Shown here: one piece after another, positions 43,257-54,031 of the stretch
Position numbering within the stretch: the first letter of the stretch is position 1
How the letters are laid out: each line of letters opens with the position of its first letter
From: Nannocystaceae bacterium ST9
Lineage (GTDB): Bacteria > Myxococcota_A > Polyangia > Nannocystales > Nannocystaceae
DNA: 64,000 nucleotides
Direction of reading: 5' to 3'
Assembly: GCA_048320885.1 (NCBI GenBank)
Contig: JBLWFJ010000001.1
Location: forward strand, 5,953,697-6,017,696
Notes under the pieces: model-generated
Told to the model about the DNA's origin: nothing
The model's database searches: none
What the model saw: only the letters and a program-made list of their open reading frames with translations
Made by a program: the position numbers and the translations under genes

Positions 43257-44215
43257 GACTCGTTCTCGTCGGTTGGTGGGTGCTCGCGCTCGGTCGCGAA
43301 GATTTCGCCGAGCAGCGCGTGAGCAGCCGCGTAGAGCGATGCGTGGGGATCGTGGCCGTGCTCGAGCTCCGACTCCACTGCATCGTAGCGCCGCACGCCG
43401 TCACGGGTCAGGAAGTAGAAGCTCACGCGCCCTCGCGCCGGCTCGGGGAAGACGCTGACGCTGGCGGCGTCACGGAAGTGGTGCTCCGCCTCGATCAGCA
43501 GCGCGACCAGGGCACGTTGGACATTCGGGTAGGCGCCGGCCCCCACCGTGCCGCCGCCGTCGCTGAGGTACAGGCTCGCGGTGCTATCGGCGAGACCCAC
43601 GACCGAGAAGGTGCCCTCGGCGATGCCGGTCTCCATGAGCAAGCCGTATACCGGAAACGGATAGCGCTCGATCGTGAGCTGCAGATCCTCAGGGCGCAGC
43701 GCGAGAATCTGCGCGCGTCGTTGCACGAACGCGTCGATGCTCGCGGTGTGCGGCGCCGTCGGAGTCGACGGCGGGGCCAGTGCGTTCCAGTCGGGGAACT
43801 CGGGCTGCGGCACACCGATCTTCAGCGCGAGCGCGGCCGCGCTCGCCAGCACGGACAGGCTCACCTCGGCATCGAGCTCCCAGAACGTCGAAGGATCGTC
43901 GCGGTGCTGTTCGACCTGCGGCAGCAACGAGTCGAGGCCGCGGCGCACGGTCGTGATCATCCCGCGTGCCCGGAGCACGTGATCGTTCGAGGCGAGCAAG
44001 CTCGCGGCCACCCCTTCGACCATCGCGCGGGGGGCCCGTGCGTCGAGCGTCATGGCTGCGGTGATGCGGACTTCGGGCGCGAGCGCTTCGTCGCGCGCGA
44101 GCTCGGCCAGCACGGTCCAGCCCTCGGCCCCCGCAGCGTCGAGGGCCGCGGCCGCGGCGAGGCGCTCGGCGGGCGTGCCGGTGATCACCTGCTCGATCGT
44201 TCGGCGGCTCACCAT
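43253..44215 (-). CDS. Hypothetical protein of 320 aa.
   Basis: ATG at 44213-44215. Ordinary composition. Translationally coupled to the downstream gene. Confidence 0.4.
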   Translation of the reverse strand: MVSRRTIEQVITGTPAERLAAAAALDAAGAEGWTVLAELARDEALAPEVRITAAMTLDARAPRAMVEGVAASLLASNDHVLRARGMITTVRRGLDSLLPQVEQHRDDPSTFWELDAEVSLSVLASAAALALKIGVPQPEFPDWNALAPPSTPTAPHTASIDAFVQRRAQILALRPEDLQLTIERYPFPVYGLLMETGIAEGTFSVVGLADSTASLYLSDGGGTVGAGAYPNVQRALVALLIEAEHHFRDAASVSVFPEPARGRVSFYFLTRDGVRRYDAVESELEHGHDPHASLYAAAHALLGEIFATEREHPPTDENES

Positions 44216-44448
44216 CGCTTCGCCTGCTCGGGGTGGAAGGGCTCGGCGGCTTCGAGCAGCTCGAGCTCCTCGCTCGAGACGTCGCCGGCGGCGAGGCCGA
44301 CGAGCGCGAGCAGAATCATGGGTTGGTTTGCATGACGCATCTCGAATGCTCTGTCAGGATAGTTGGCGCGGTTCTTGGCAAGCCAACTGAGAATCGCGGG
44401 ATTCGATCTCGATTCAGCCTGATTCGTCGGCCTCGGCCTCGCTCGCGC

Positions 44449-46800
44449 TCACCCGATGTTCGGGCACAGCTCGACCGGGCCGAATTCGTTGTTGTCCTCG
44501 AGGCACTCGTTGAACGCGCCGCCACCCATCTCGTCGTCGTCGACGGCCACGCTGACGTCGTAGGCCGGATTGGGCGGGGCCGGGATGGTGATCTGGACCT
44601 TGATGCAGCCGCCCGCGGGGATCGCCTTGTCGGTCTCGATCGTCGCGAGCACGCCGGCCTCGGCCTCGCTGAAGGTCACGGCGACGCCCGGGCCGACGCC
44701 GAGGCAGCCTTGATTGCACACGCGGGCCGAGAAGGTGACCTCGCTGTCGCACACGCCGACGCTCTCGAGATCCTGGGCGACCAGATCGGGCGCGCAGTTC
44801 TCGACGTCGCCCTGGGTGTTGCGGCGGTACGAGTTGTAGGGCTTGGCGATCGGGGTCAGCCAGTTGCTCTCTTCGACCAGCGGGACGGCGCCGTCGGCCG
44901 CGACGTTGGTGATGTGATAGGTGTGCTGATTCCAGATCGGTCGGGTCGTGACCCAGTTGTCGAGCCGGTCCTCGAACACCTCGACCCCGCCGTCGCCGAT
45001 GTTGCCGGCGTCCGAGTAGTTGTTGGTCGAGACGATGATCTCCGACTTGAAGTCGCCGTCGACGTCGGCGATCACCGGGTACTCGACGCGGGTCGCCGAG
45101 CTCTCGATGTCGCGAAACAGGATCTCGGCGTCGGTCATGTTCTGATCGCAGAGCGGGCCGGGCGGATCGATCGCGCAGTCGGGCTCGAGGCCGGGATAGA
45201 TCCGCAGGTACCACTCGTCGCCGTAGATGACCTCGCTGCGGCCGTCGCCGTCGAAGTCGAACACCGACGAGCCGGTCCGGTTCGACGACACGTCCTTGGT
45301 CACGGCGTCCCACAGCTTGGTCAGGGTCGCGACGCCGTCGAACTTCACGACCACGTAGCGCGAGCCGCCGGCGGTGCCGATGTCGGGCAGGCCGTCGCCG
45401 TCGAAGTCGGCGATGTTGGGCGGACCACCGCTGCCGCCGGCCGGGATCGCCAAGCTGGCCAGCTGCATGCCGGTCGCGCCGTCGAGCACCGCGATGTTGC
45501 CCCCGCGAATCAGCACGACCTCGGGCAGCCCGTCGAGCTGGAAGTCGGCGACGCCACAGAACCCGTCGGCGCCGCTCTGCCAGCGCACGCTGCCCATGAA
45601 GTCGACGCCGACCGTGCCGGTGAACTGGTAGACCGTGTTGCCGCCGATCAGCTCGGGCCGCAGATCGCCGTCGAGGTCGGCGACGCAGGGCAGGACCGCG
45701 TAGGCGCCGTTGGTCCCGATCCCGCCGTTGCCGACCCAGACTTGGTTGCCGGCCGCGTCGTAGATCGCCCGGCCGTAGGCGATCTCGACGTTGCCCTGCA
45801 GGTCGAAGTTGGCCAGCGCCGGGCCACCCGACTTCTGGTTGCCGGCGTAGGGGTCGGCGGTCTCCCAGACCAGCGCGCCGAGGTGATCGATCAGCATCAA
45901 CCGGTCGTCCTCGCCGACGTTGACGATCTCGAGGTCGCCGTCGAGATCGAGGTCGCCGATCGCCGGGATCGCCGACGCGTCGCTGCGGTAGGCCGGATCG
46001 CCGAAGCTCCAGACCGGCGCCCCGGTGTCGCCGCGAACCACCCGCAGCACGCCGTTGGCGTTCCAGGTCGAGCCGGCGAAGCTGTTGAAGATCACCTCGG
46101 GGATGCAGTCGTCGTCGAGGTCGGCGACCATCGGGCTGGCCATCGCCTGGACGTGATCGGGGTAGTCGTCGACGCTCGGGGTGACGTGGGTCCAGGTCAC
46201 CTCGCAGGCGCCGGCGTTGCAGACCTCGGCGGCCTGGCAGTCGTCGTCGATCATGCAGCTTCGCGGCTTGCGGACGCCCCACGACCAGCGCGGGACCGGA
46301 TCGAACACGCCGGCCTCGGGCGTGAAGGTGCAGGCCTCGTTGGCCAGGTCGGGCACGCACAGGCCGAGCTCGGTGTCGCAGATCTCGTCGACGTCGCAGT
46401 CGGACTCGGTCTTGGTCGCGCAGACCATGCCCTCGCACGCGTCCCCGGGCACGATGCACTGGCCGACGTAGCAGAGCTCGGCGTCGCCGCAGCAGACCGG
46501 CTCGTCGACGCCGCAGGGCTCGGCGTCGCCGCAGTCGAGCACGCACTCGAGGTTGACCATGTCGCACTGTTCGTCGGCCGAGCAGCACTCGTCGCCACAG
46601 GGGCTCGCGCAGCCGGTCTCTTCGGTGGTCTCGTCGGTCGACGAGCCGGTCTCGCTGCCGCTGGTCTCGCTGCCGGTGGTGTCGGTCGAGAGTCCCGTGT
46701 CACCGATCTCGTCGCCGCGATCGTCGGAGCCCGAGTCGCCGCACGCGAAGGTCAGCGAGGTCAGGGCGAGTGCGAAGGAGAGGTTCGAGCGCTGCTGCAT
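44449..46800 (-). CDS. Secreted lipoprotein with a Cys-rich N-terminal region and FG-GAP/VCBS-like (DxDGDG) beta-propeller repeats.
   Basis: ATG at 46798-46800. Lipobox LTFACG. An N-terminal stretch of about 170 aa with about 22 Cys. Repeated DLDLDGDLE, DFDGDGLPD, DFDGDGRSE and DVDGDFKSE calcium-binding-like motifs. Confidence 0.6.
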   Translation of the reverse strand: MQQRSNLSFALALTSLTFACGDSGSDDRGDEIGDTGLSTDTTGSETSGSETGSSTDETTEETGCASPCGDECCSADEQCDMVNLECVLDCGDAEPCGVDEPVCCGDAELCYVGQCIVPGDACEGMVCATKTESDCDVDEICDTELGLCVPDLANEACTFTPEAGVFDPVPRWSWGVRKPRSCMIDDDCQAAEVCNAGACEVTWTHVTPSVDDYPDHVQAMASPMVADLDDDCIPEVIFNSFAGSTWNANGVLRVVRGDTGAPVWSFGDPAYRSDASAIPAIGDLDLDGDLEIVNVGEDDRLMLIDHLGALVWETADPYAGNQKSGGPALANFDLQGNVEIAYGRAIYDAAGNQVWVGNGGIGTNGAYAVLPCVADLDGDLRPELIGGNTVYQFTGTVGVDFMGSVRWQSGADGFCGVADFQLDGLPEVVLIRGGNIAVLDGATGMQLASLAIPAGGSGGPPNIADFDGDGLPDIGTAGGSRYVVVKFDGVATLTKLWDAVTKDVSSNRTGSSVFDFDGDGRSEVIYGDEWYLRIYPGLEPDCAIDPPGPLCDQNMTDAEILFRDIESSATRVEYPVIADVDGDFKSEIIVSTNNYSDAGNIGDGGVEVFEDRLDNWVTTRPIWNQHTYHITNVAADGAVPLVEESNWLTPIAKPYNSYRRNTQGDVENCAPDLVAQDLESVGVCDSEVTFSARVCNQGCLGVGPGVAVTFSEAEAGVLATIETDKAIPAGGCIKVQITIPAPPNPAYDVSVAVDDDEMGGGAFNECLEDNNEFGPVELCPNIG

Positions 46801-46831
46801 CTGGCCCGCGAGCGCGAGCCCGTCGAAGCGA

Positions 46832-47503
46832 TCAGCACCACGAGGCACCGCCCGCGCCATGCTCGAGCAGCTCGCGGACGTTGGCCGCGAGCATGCGATA
46901 GCCGACGTTGCCGGCCAGCCGTTGGCGGCCTTCGTTGAACACCAGGGTCGGGCTCATCCGCACGTCGTGGGTGCGCGCCAGCTCGAGGTCGCGGTCGAGC
47001 GCGGCGTGGGCCGTGCCGGTCTCGAGCGCGGCCTCGATCGCCGCGCGCTCGAGCCCGCACTCGTCGGTGATCCGCCGCAGCTCGCCGGCCTGCGAGACGT
47101 CGAGGCCCTGCTGAAAGAACGCGGTGCGCAGGGCTCGAGCGGCCCGCTCGAGCGCGCCGGCCTCGAGCTCGCCGTCCGCCTCGGCCACGCCGATCGCCCG
47201 CAGCCACAGATGGCAAGCCAGCGACGAGGCGGGCAGGGTCCGAGCCCAGCAGGCCGGGTGGATCGGACCGACCCCGAGTCGCTCGCAGATCTCGCGGACG
47301 TGCGCGGCGTAGCCCGCTTGGCCGCCGCGCTCCGACCAGCCGCGGGTCAGCTTGGTTCGCGCGTCGCCGAACACCTGCACGAAGTGGGCGCTGACTCGCA
47401 CGCGATCGCCGAAGCTGGCCGCGAGCTCGTCCATGCGGACCTGCTCGACGTAGGCCCACACGCACAAGATGTCGGAGAAGTGGAGGATGTCGACTCGGTC
47501 CAT
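46832..47503 (-). CDS. DsbA-like thioredoxin-fold protein (FrnE/HCCA-isomerase-like).
   Basis: ATG at 47501-47503. ILHFSDILCVWAY resembles the DsbA-like FSDxxCPWCY segment, but here only one Cys is present. Confidence 0.6.
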   Translation of the reverse strand: MDRVDILHFSDILCVWAYVEQVRMDELAASFGDRVRVSAHFVQVFGDARTKLTRGWSERGGQAGYAAHVREICERLGVGPIHPACWARTLPASSLACHLWLRAIGVAEADGELEAGALERAARALRTAFFQQGLDVSQAGELRRITDECGLERAAIEAALETGTAHAALDRDLELARTHDVRMSPTLVFNEGRQRLAGNVGYRMLAANVRELLEHGAGGASWC

Positions 47504-47641
47504 CGTCGCGCTCGGCCCTTCGTGGCGCGGCGATGATAGGCGTTTCGATCGAACCCGAGGCAACGCAAAACGAAGGGCGAGTCGGATGACCCTCCCTTCG
47601 TTTTGGTTGGATGAGCGGCTGTGGGGCTTCGTCCGCGCGGC

Positions 47642-48847
47642 CTACAAGCAACCGGCGTTCTCGACCTCACAGATGTCGAGCTCGGCGTAGAGATTGTTGC
47701 AGTCGCTGCCCTCGCACGAGCAGCCGCTCAGCGGCTCGCAAGCCATGCCGTTCCATGCCCAGCCCAAGAAGAGCTCGCACAGGCCCACGCCCTTGGCGTC
47801 TTGCGCACCGGCGCAGGGCGGCACGCCGTTGCACTCGGCGTGTTGGGCCTCGCACTCGTCGATGTCGAACGACAGGAATTCGCAGTCGAGTCCGACGCAC
47901 TCGCAGCCGCTCTGGCCCACGCAGGCCTCGCCGTTCCACGCGTAGCCGAAGAACGCGTCGCACAGGCCGACCCCGAGCGCGTCGTCGGGCTGGCAGGGAT
48001 CGCCCAGCTCGCACAGCGCGTGCTCGTCCCAGCAGGTCAGCTCGTCGATCGCGATGTTGTCGCAGTCGGACCCGATGCACTCGCAGCCGCTGATGCTCAG
48101 GCAGTTGTCGCCGGTCCAGATCACCCCGAGCGGGAGCTGACAGTCGCCGCTCGGCAGCGCGTCGTCGGGCGCACAATCGGGCCCGACGCACTCGGCGTGA
48201 TCGTCCTTGCACTGATCGGGATCGGCGTAGAGGTTGCCGCAGTCGGGCCCCTCGCAGTTGCAGCCCGAGAGCGGCACGCAGTCGATGCCGTCCCACTTCC
48301 AGCCCAAGAAGATCTCGCAGCCGCCCACGCCCACGGCACCCTGCGGGGCGCAGCTGGGCGGCGGCGGCTGGCACTCGGCGTACTGCTCGAGGCAAGCGCC
48401 CTCGTCGGGGAAGAGCGCGTTGCAGTCGGGTCCGTCGCAGGTGCAGATGATCTGCTCGCAGGTCACCCCGTTCCAGAACCAGCCGCGCGGGCTGTAGCAC
48501 TCCTCCGGGCCGTTCATCGCGTTCATCGGCGCACACTCGCCGCCGCCCGTGGTCTCGGTCGTGGTGTCGCCATCGCCATCGCCGGTGGTCGTCGTGGTGT
48601 CGCCATCGCCGTCGCCGGTGGTCGCGGTCGTGTCACCGTCACCATCTCCGTCATCCGTGCTCTCGGACGAGCTCTCGCCCGCGCTGGTCTCCGCCGTGCT
48701 GTCGCCTTGCTCGTCGTAGCCGGTGCCGTCGTCCGCGAAGTCGTCGGAGATCGTGATCACGCAGCCGGTGCTGGCGAGGGTGGGGGCGAGGGTGGGGGCG
48801 AAGAGGAGCAAGGACAGCGAGAGGCGAGGCAAGCGATTGCGGTGCAT
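47642..48847 (-). CDS. Lipoprotein with five tandem modules of about 50 aa, each with 6 Cys.
   Basis: Lipobox LASTGC. (GDGDTTTT)n linker. Modules follow the pattern C.P.DA.GVG.CE.FLGW.W.G..C.PLSGC.C.G.DC.NLY...D.C...HAEC, repeated five times across about 47690-48440. Confidence 0.6.
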   Translation of the reverse strand: MHRNRLPRLSLSLLLFAPTLAPTLASTGCVITISDDFADDGTGYDEQGDSTAETSAGESSSESTDDGDGDGDTTATTGDGDGDTTTTTGDGDGDTTTETTGGGECAPMNAMNGPEECYSPRGWFWNGVTCEQIICTCDGPDCNALFPDEGACLEQYAECQPPPPSCAPQGAVGVGGCEIFLGWKWDGIDCVPLSGCNCEGPDCGNLYADPDQCKDDHAECVGPDCAPDDALPSGDCQLPLGVIWTGDNCLSISGCECIGSDCDNIAIDELTCWDEHALCELGDPCQPDDALGVGLCDAFFGYAWNGEACVGQSGCECVGLDCEFLSFDIDECEAQHAECNGVPPCAGAQDAKGVGLCELFLGWAWNGMACEPLSGCSCEGSDCNNLYAELDICEVENAGCL

Positions 48848-48899
48848 GTCGAATCGATGTCCGCCGGGTGGCGCGACCCAGCACGGGTGCGGGCGTGAG

Positions 48900-49427
48900 C
48901 TAGCGAGCGGTGCCAGCGGAGCTCGCGCTCACGTGCCCGAAGAGCCGGTCGGCGGGGCCCTCGTCGCGCAGGGCAACCGTCCCGATCGCCACGAACCCGA
49001 GCCGCTCGAGCACGCGGATCGATCGCGCGTTGCCGGGCATGACCACGGCCTGGATCGTCGGCATGCCGAGCTCGACATGGCCGTGCTCGAGCGTCGCGCG
49101 ACCGGCCTCGAGCGCGAAGCCCTGGCCGGTGAACTCGGGCAGCAGCGCGTAGCCGAGATCGGGGTGTTCGAGGCCCTCGCGTCGGACCAGCCCGCACAGG
49201 CCGATCGCCGGACCTTCGGCCAGCGAGGCGAGGTAGAGCCCGTGACCGTGGCGCGCGTAGCTGGCCAGCGGCCCGGCGCGCAGGTACTCGTGCGCCTGCG
49301 CGAGCGTTCGGACGCCGCGATCGCCGATGTTCTGCACGAACGAGTCTTCGTTGAGCAGACGCAGCACGAACGCGGCGTCGTCGAAGCTCAGCCGGCGCAG
49401 CCGCAGACGATCGCTTCGCAGGTCCAT
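48900..49427 (-). CDS. GNAT-family N-acetyltransferase (RimJ/RimL-like).
   Basis: ATG at 49425-49427. LRLRRLSFDDA...LGYALLPEFTGQGFALEAGRA matches acetyl-CoA-binding motif A (Q/RxxGxG/A). Confidence 0.65.
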   Translation of the reverse strand: MDLRSDRLRLRRLSFDDAAFVLRLLNEDSFVQNIGDRGVRTLAQAHEYLRAGPLASYARHGHGLYLASLAEGPAIGLCGLVRREGLEHPDLGYALLPEFTGQGFALEAGRATLEHGHVELGMPTIQAVVMPGNARSIRVLERLGFVAIGTVALRDEGPADRLFGHVSASSAGTAR

Positions 49428-49432
49428 GTCGG

Positions 49433-50017
49433 TCAGCGCCTCTCGTCGGGGTCGGTGGGCAGCGCGATCTTGGTCCACCAGAATCGCTTGTCGATCGTGG
49501 TCACGTCGGCGAGCGGCCCGAGCCGATCGAGGTAGGCGCTCAGCCGGATCAGCTCGCGGTCGCTCGGATCGCCTTCGAAGCGCGGCATGGTCAGGACGTT
49601 GGCCTCGGCGCCCGGCAGCCCCTCGGGCTTGTCGTCGACGATCAGGATTCGCTCGCGCGACCAACCCAGCGCGATCAGGCGGGCGATGTCCTTGTGCCAG
49701 AGAAAGTGACCCTCGTCCGGGGCGACCGGCTCGCATTGCTCGCGCGACCAGACGAAGGCCAGGCGATCGAGATCGCCGACGAAGTGCGAGAGCATCACGC
49801 GGGCGTAGTCGCGGCTGGCCGAGGTCCAGATCCCGACCGCGGCGAAGCGATCGAGCGCCCGCGCGACGAACTCGTGCGCGCCGGGTCGAAGGTAGAGCCG
49901 ATAGCGGGCGACCATTCGCCGCGGCGGCCAGGGCAGCATCGCCTGGCTGGGCGAGCGTGCGTGGATCAGCGTGTCGTCGAGATCGAGGACCAGCAGCTTG
50001 TTCCAGCGGATGCTCAT
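49433..50017 (-). CDS. HAD-superfamily phosphatase, NIF/FCP1-like.
   Basis: ATG at 50015-50017 overlaps the upstream stop. LVLDLDDTLIH gives the DxDxT motif I. The pattern of conserved hydrophobic residues is typical of NLI-interacting-factor-like phosphatases. Confidence 0.6.
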   Translation of the reverse strand: MSIRWNKLLVLDLDDTLIHARSPSQAMLPWPPRRMVARYRLYLRPGAHEFVARALDRFAAVGIWTSASRDYARVMLSHFVGDLDRLAFVWSREQCEPVAPDEGHFLWHKDIARLIALGWSRERILIVDDKPEGLPGAEANVLTMPRFEGDPSDRELIRLSAYLDRLGPLADVTTIDKRFWWTKIALPTDPDERR

Positions 50018-50397
50018 GGCGATTCGAAGGGCATCGGCTCGATCCTCGCGGGCGCGGGAGGCTCGCGCGGCGCCTCGATCGGCGCGCCGACGATCGCCGG
50101 CTCGGGGGGCGTGGGCGTCTGAACCTCGAGCGCGCAGCAGCGACCGCCCTCGCAGCGCTCGGCGTCGACCGGCCCGCACGCGACCGGACCGCGCAGCCAC
50201 AGGGTCTCGCTGGTGCGACAGCGGTTGCTCGGCCGGCAGCCGGTGAAGCGCAGCGGCGAGCCGGCGTTGGCCTTGCAGCAGAGCGCGACGTGGTCGGCGA
50301 TCGGCTGCTCGGGCGCGTCCTCGATCCGACAGCCCGCGAGCAGGGCGAACAGGCCCGCCGCCGCAGCGAACCTGGCAGGGGCGAGCCGCGTGAGCAT
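50014..50397 (-). CDS. Small Cys-rich lipoprotein.
   Basis: ATG at 50395-50397. Lipobox LLAGC. Ten Cys in 127 aa. Confidence 0.45.
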   Translation of the reverse strand: MLTRLAPARFAAAAGLFALLAGCRIEDAPEQPIADHVALCCKANAGSPLRFTGCRPSNRCRTSETLWLRGPVACGPVDAERCEGGRCCALEVQTPTPPEPAIVGAPIEAPREPPAPARIEPMPFESP

Positions 50398-50414
50398 GAG
50401 CGCAGGATACCTGC

Positions 50415-51511
<1,097 letters not shown>

Positions 51512-51515
<4 letters not shown>

Positions 51516-52987
51516 GCGCTCCTCCGACGGCGCGCGCCGACGCCCATGCCGGTCAGCCCGAGCAGCGCGAACGCGGCGACGAGCCAACCTTGGCCGCGGG
51601 TCGGCTCGACGACCGCGCAGAAGCCCGGCTCACCGCAGATGTTGCCCTGGGCCTCGCACTGCTCCCACAGCCCGTTGGTCTGGATCGGCGTGGCCGTGAA
51701 CACCTCGCTCGGCAGCGGGTTGCCGGCGAAGTCGTAGGCGACGACCAGGAACTGATACTCGACCCCGTTCTCGAGCCCCTCGACGCGGGCCGACTGCGAG
51801 GTGTTCGAGATGTGCGGCGAGCACAGGTAGGCCCAGTCGAGGCTCAGCAGCCCGCTCGTCGGCAGCCCGCAGAACCCGGCCTCGCTGCACTCGTAGCCGT
51901 CGTCACAGGCTCCGTCGTCGCACAGGCAGCCGAACGATCCGATCGTGCACGAGCCCGTGTCGGTGCCGGTGTCGGTCGAGTCGGTCGAGCTGGTGTCGGT
52001 CGAGCCGGAGTCGGTCGAGCTGGTGTCGGTCGAGTCGGTCGAGCCGGAGTCGGTCGAGTCGGTGCCGGAGTCGGTCGAGTCGGTGCCGGTGTCGGTCGAG
52101 TCGTCGGCCCAGCCATTGCCCTCGGGATCGTAGTCCTCGCCGAAGGGCCCGCCGGGGCAGAGGTTGTCGCGGGTGAAGTAGATCTGACCCTTGACCAGGT
52201 CGGTCTCGCTCGGGGTCGGGTAGTCGAAGCCGGAGACCGGGTTGCCCTGGGCGTCGGCACACAGCACGCGGTAGCCCGAGATGTCGCCGATCGACGACGC
52301 GTCCCAGGCGATGTTGATCGCCGAGTCGCCGGGCTGAGCTTCGAAGTTGGTCGGGGCGGTCAGCGGCGGGACGAAGTCGAACGAGATGCCCTGGGCCGTG
52401 CCGCCTTCGCCGACGTTGATGTTCGCCGTGCCCTGCATGAAGAAGTCGCCGAGCATGCACGACTGCGACCCCGCGCACATCCAGATCCCGCCTTGCCCGT
52501 AGATCGAGTTGCACGTGCCGTCGGGGACCGCCGCGTCGATCGTCTGAGTGCTGCCCTGGACGCCGTGGGCCAGCCAGATCGGCGAGAACTTGAACTCGGG
52601 CGCGTTCTGAAACACGGTCGGCAGGCCCGCGACGAACTGGACGCAGGGCGAGTAGGGCGTGACGCCGGGCATGGCCTGGGCCATCGCGCACTGCTGACCG
52701 ACCATCGCCGTGATCTGCACGGCGTCGACCGTGTTGGTGCCGTTTCGACCGATGCGCGCGATGATCTCCTGATCGCACTCGCAGCGGGCTTGCCCGACCA
52801 GCGAGGTCATGTCCTGCAGCGAGAGCTGTCGGCTCTTGTCGCCGAGCTCGTCGGTCAGGAAGTAGGTGATGCGGAAGTCCGCCTCGGTCGGCGGCGCCGC
52901 GAGGGCCGTGTCGCCGACCAGGCTGCCGACGACGCCGACGGCCAACGCGAGCAGCCCGAGCGAGTATCGGAGTGAGTCCGAAGCCAT
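51512..52987 (-). CDS. Secreted surface protein with an FN3-like region, an (STD)n linker and a MYXO-CTERM-like C-terminal sorting tail.
   Basis: ATG at 52985-52987. Signal peptide. The C-terminus ...CGEPGFCAVVEPTRGQGWLVAAFALLGLTGMGVGARRRRSA has the Cys motif, hydrophobic helix and Arg cluster of the MYXO-CTERM signature. Confidence 0.6.
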
Positions 52988-53173
52988 CGTCGGCTCATTA
53001 TGCAACGCCGGTGCCACGCCGCCCAGGACCGGAACCCCTTCGCGGCGCGGCAGGCCGCGCGCCCACGCTTCGCCGAGATGACAAAGTGGCAAGCAGTCGC
53101 TCGCGCACTGACATCCAGCCCGTGACGCCGCGAGCCCGGCATCCCCGCGCAGGGCGGGTCACGACCTCGATGC

Positions 53174-53926
53174 TCACCGAGTCGCGCGCTTCAGAAAGGC
53201 GCCCGGCGTGAGCCCGACGAGTCGGCGAAAATCGGCGATCAGGTGGGCCTGGTCGTAGTAGCCCGCGTCCATGGCGATGCGCGCCCAGTCCTTCGACGTC
53301 GCCGCCCTTCGCAGCGCGCGTTGCAGTCGAAGCGCCCGCACGAATTCCTTCGGTCCGACGCCGACGCTCTCCTTGAAGGCGCGGCGAAGGTGTCGGGCCG
53401 AGACGCCCAACTGTTCGGCCGCGCTCTCGACTCGAACCTCGCCGGCTTCGAGCAGGTGAACCGCACGGCGAGCGAGCCGACCCGACGCCGGTTCGAATGG
53501 CCGAGGGGTCCGAAGCGAGAGCGCGCGAGTGAGTCGATCGATCACGTCGGCCAGGCTCGCTGCCGCGAGCAGCTCGCGGCAGAGGTCGGCGCCCGAGCGG
53601 CCCCACAGCTCGTCGAGCAGGACGATCCGATCGGTGAGCGCGTTCGCGGTCACGCCCAGCAGCGGGGCCGACCAGCCCGGCTTGAAGCGCACGATCACCG
53701 CCCGCGCGACGCCGGTCGCGTGCTTGAACTGTGCACGCGTTCGCGGGCCCGCGACCGCCACGTCGCCTCGTTGCCCGTCGTCGAAGGCTCGAAACACCAG
53801 GGTCGTTCTTCCGTCGGGTAGCCGCGCGACCTCGAACGAGCGGCCGGCGTCCGCCTCGACGGCGCGAATGTCCTCGATGAAGTGAGGACGCGAGCCGGTC
53901 GGCGCTGCGGAGTCGATCGCGAGCAC
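53174..53926 (-). CDS. AraC-family transcriptional regulator.
   Basis: The C-terminus has two HTH units (SAAEQLGVSARHLRRAFK..., IAMDAGYYDQAHLIADFRRLVGLTP). The start is uncertain: no in-frame ATG exists, and GTG at 53924-53926 was chosen. Confidence 0.6.
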   Translation of the reverse strand: MLAIDSAAPTGSRPHFIEDIRAVEADAGRSFEVARLPDGRTTLVFRAFDDGQRGDVAVAGPRTRAQFKHATGVARAVIVRFKPGWSAPLLGVTANALTDRIVLLDELWGRSGADLCRELLAAASLADVIDRLTRALSLRTPRPFEPASGRLARRAVHLLEAGEVRVESAAEQLGVSARHLRRAFKESVGVGPKEFVRALRLQRALRRAATSKDWARIAMDAGYYDQAHLIADFRRLVGLTPGAFLKRATR

Positions 53927-54031
53927 GCTCGGATTCTCGCGCGTTCGTTCGGTCCCTTCAAGCCGGCGGACGCGACGATGAATGTCCGATCCTTCCAATC
54001 GGAGCGCAGCGACGAGCGCTATCGAGTCGGC

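Noticed and set aside
44375-44386. The TTGGCaaGCCAA element, considered as a sigma-54 (-24/-12) promoter.
   Set aside because: The GG-N10-GC spacing is not satisfied. It is retained only as a short inverted repeat inside another finding.
44233-46938. 901-aa plus-strand and 724-aa minus-strand ORFs over the FG-GAP lipoprotein gene.
   Set aside because: Gly/Arg/Asp-rich shadows. The real frame has a lipobox plus DxDGDG repeats.
47621-48898. 425-aa plus-strand and 289-aa minus-strand ORFs over the five-module Cys-rich lipoprotein gene.
   Set aside because: Frame shadows of the repeat gene.
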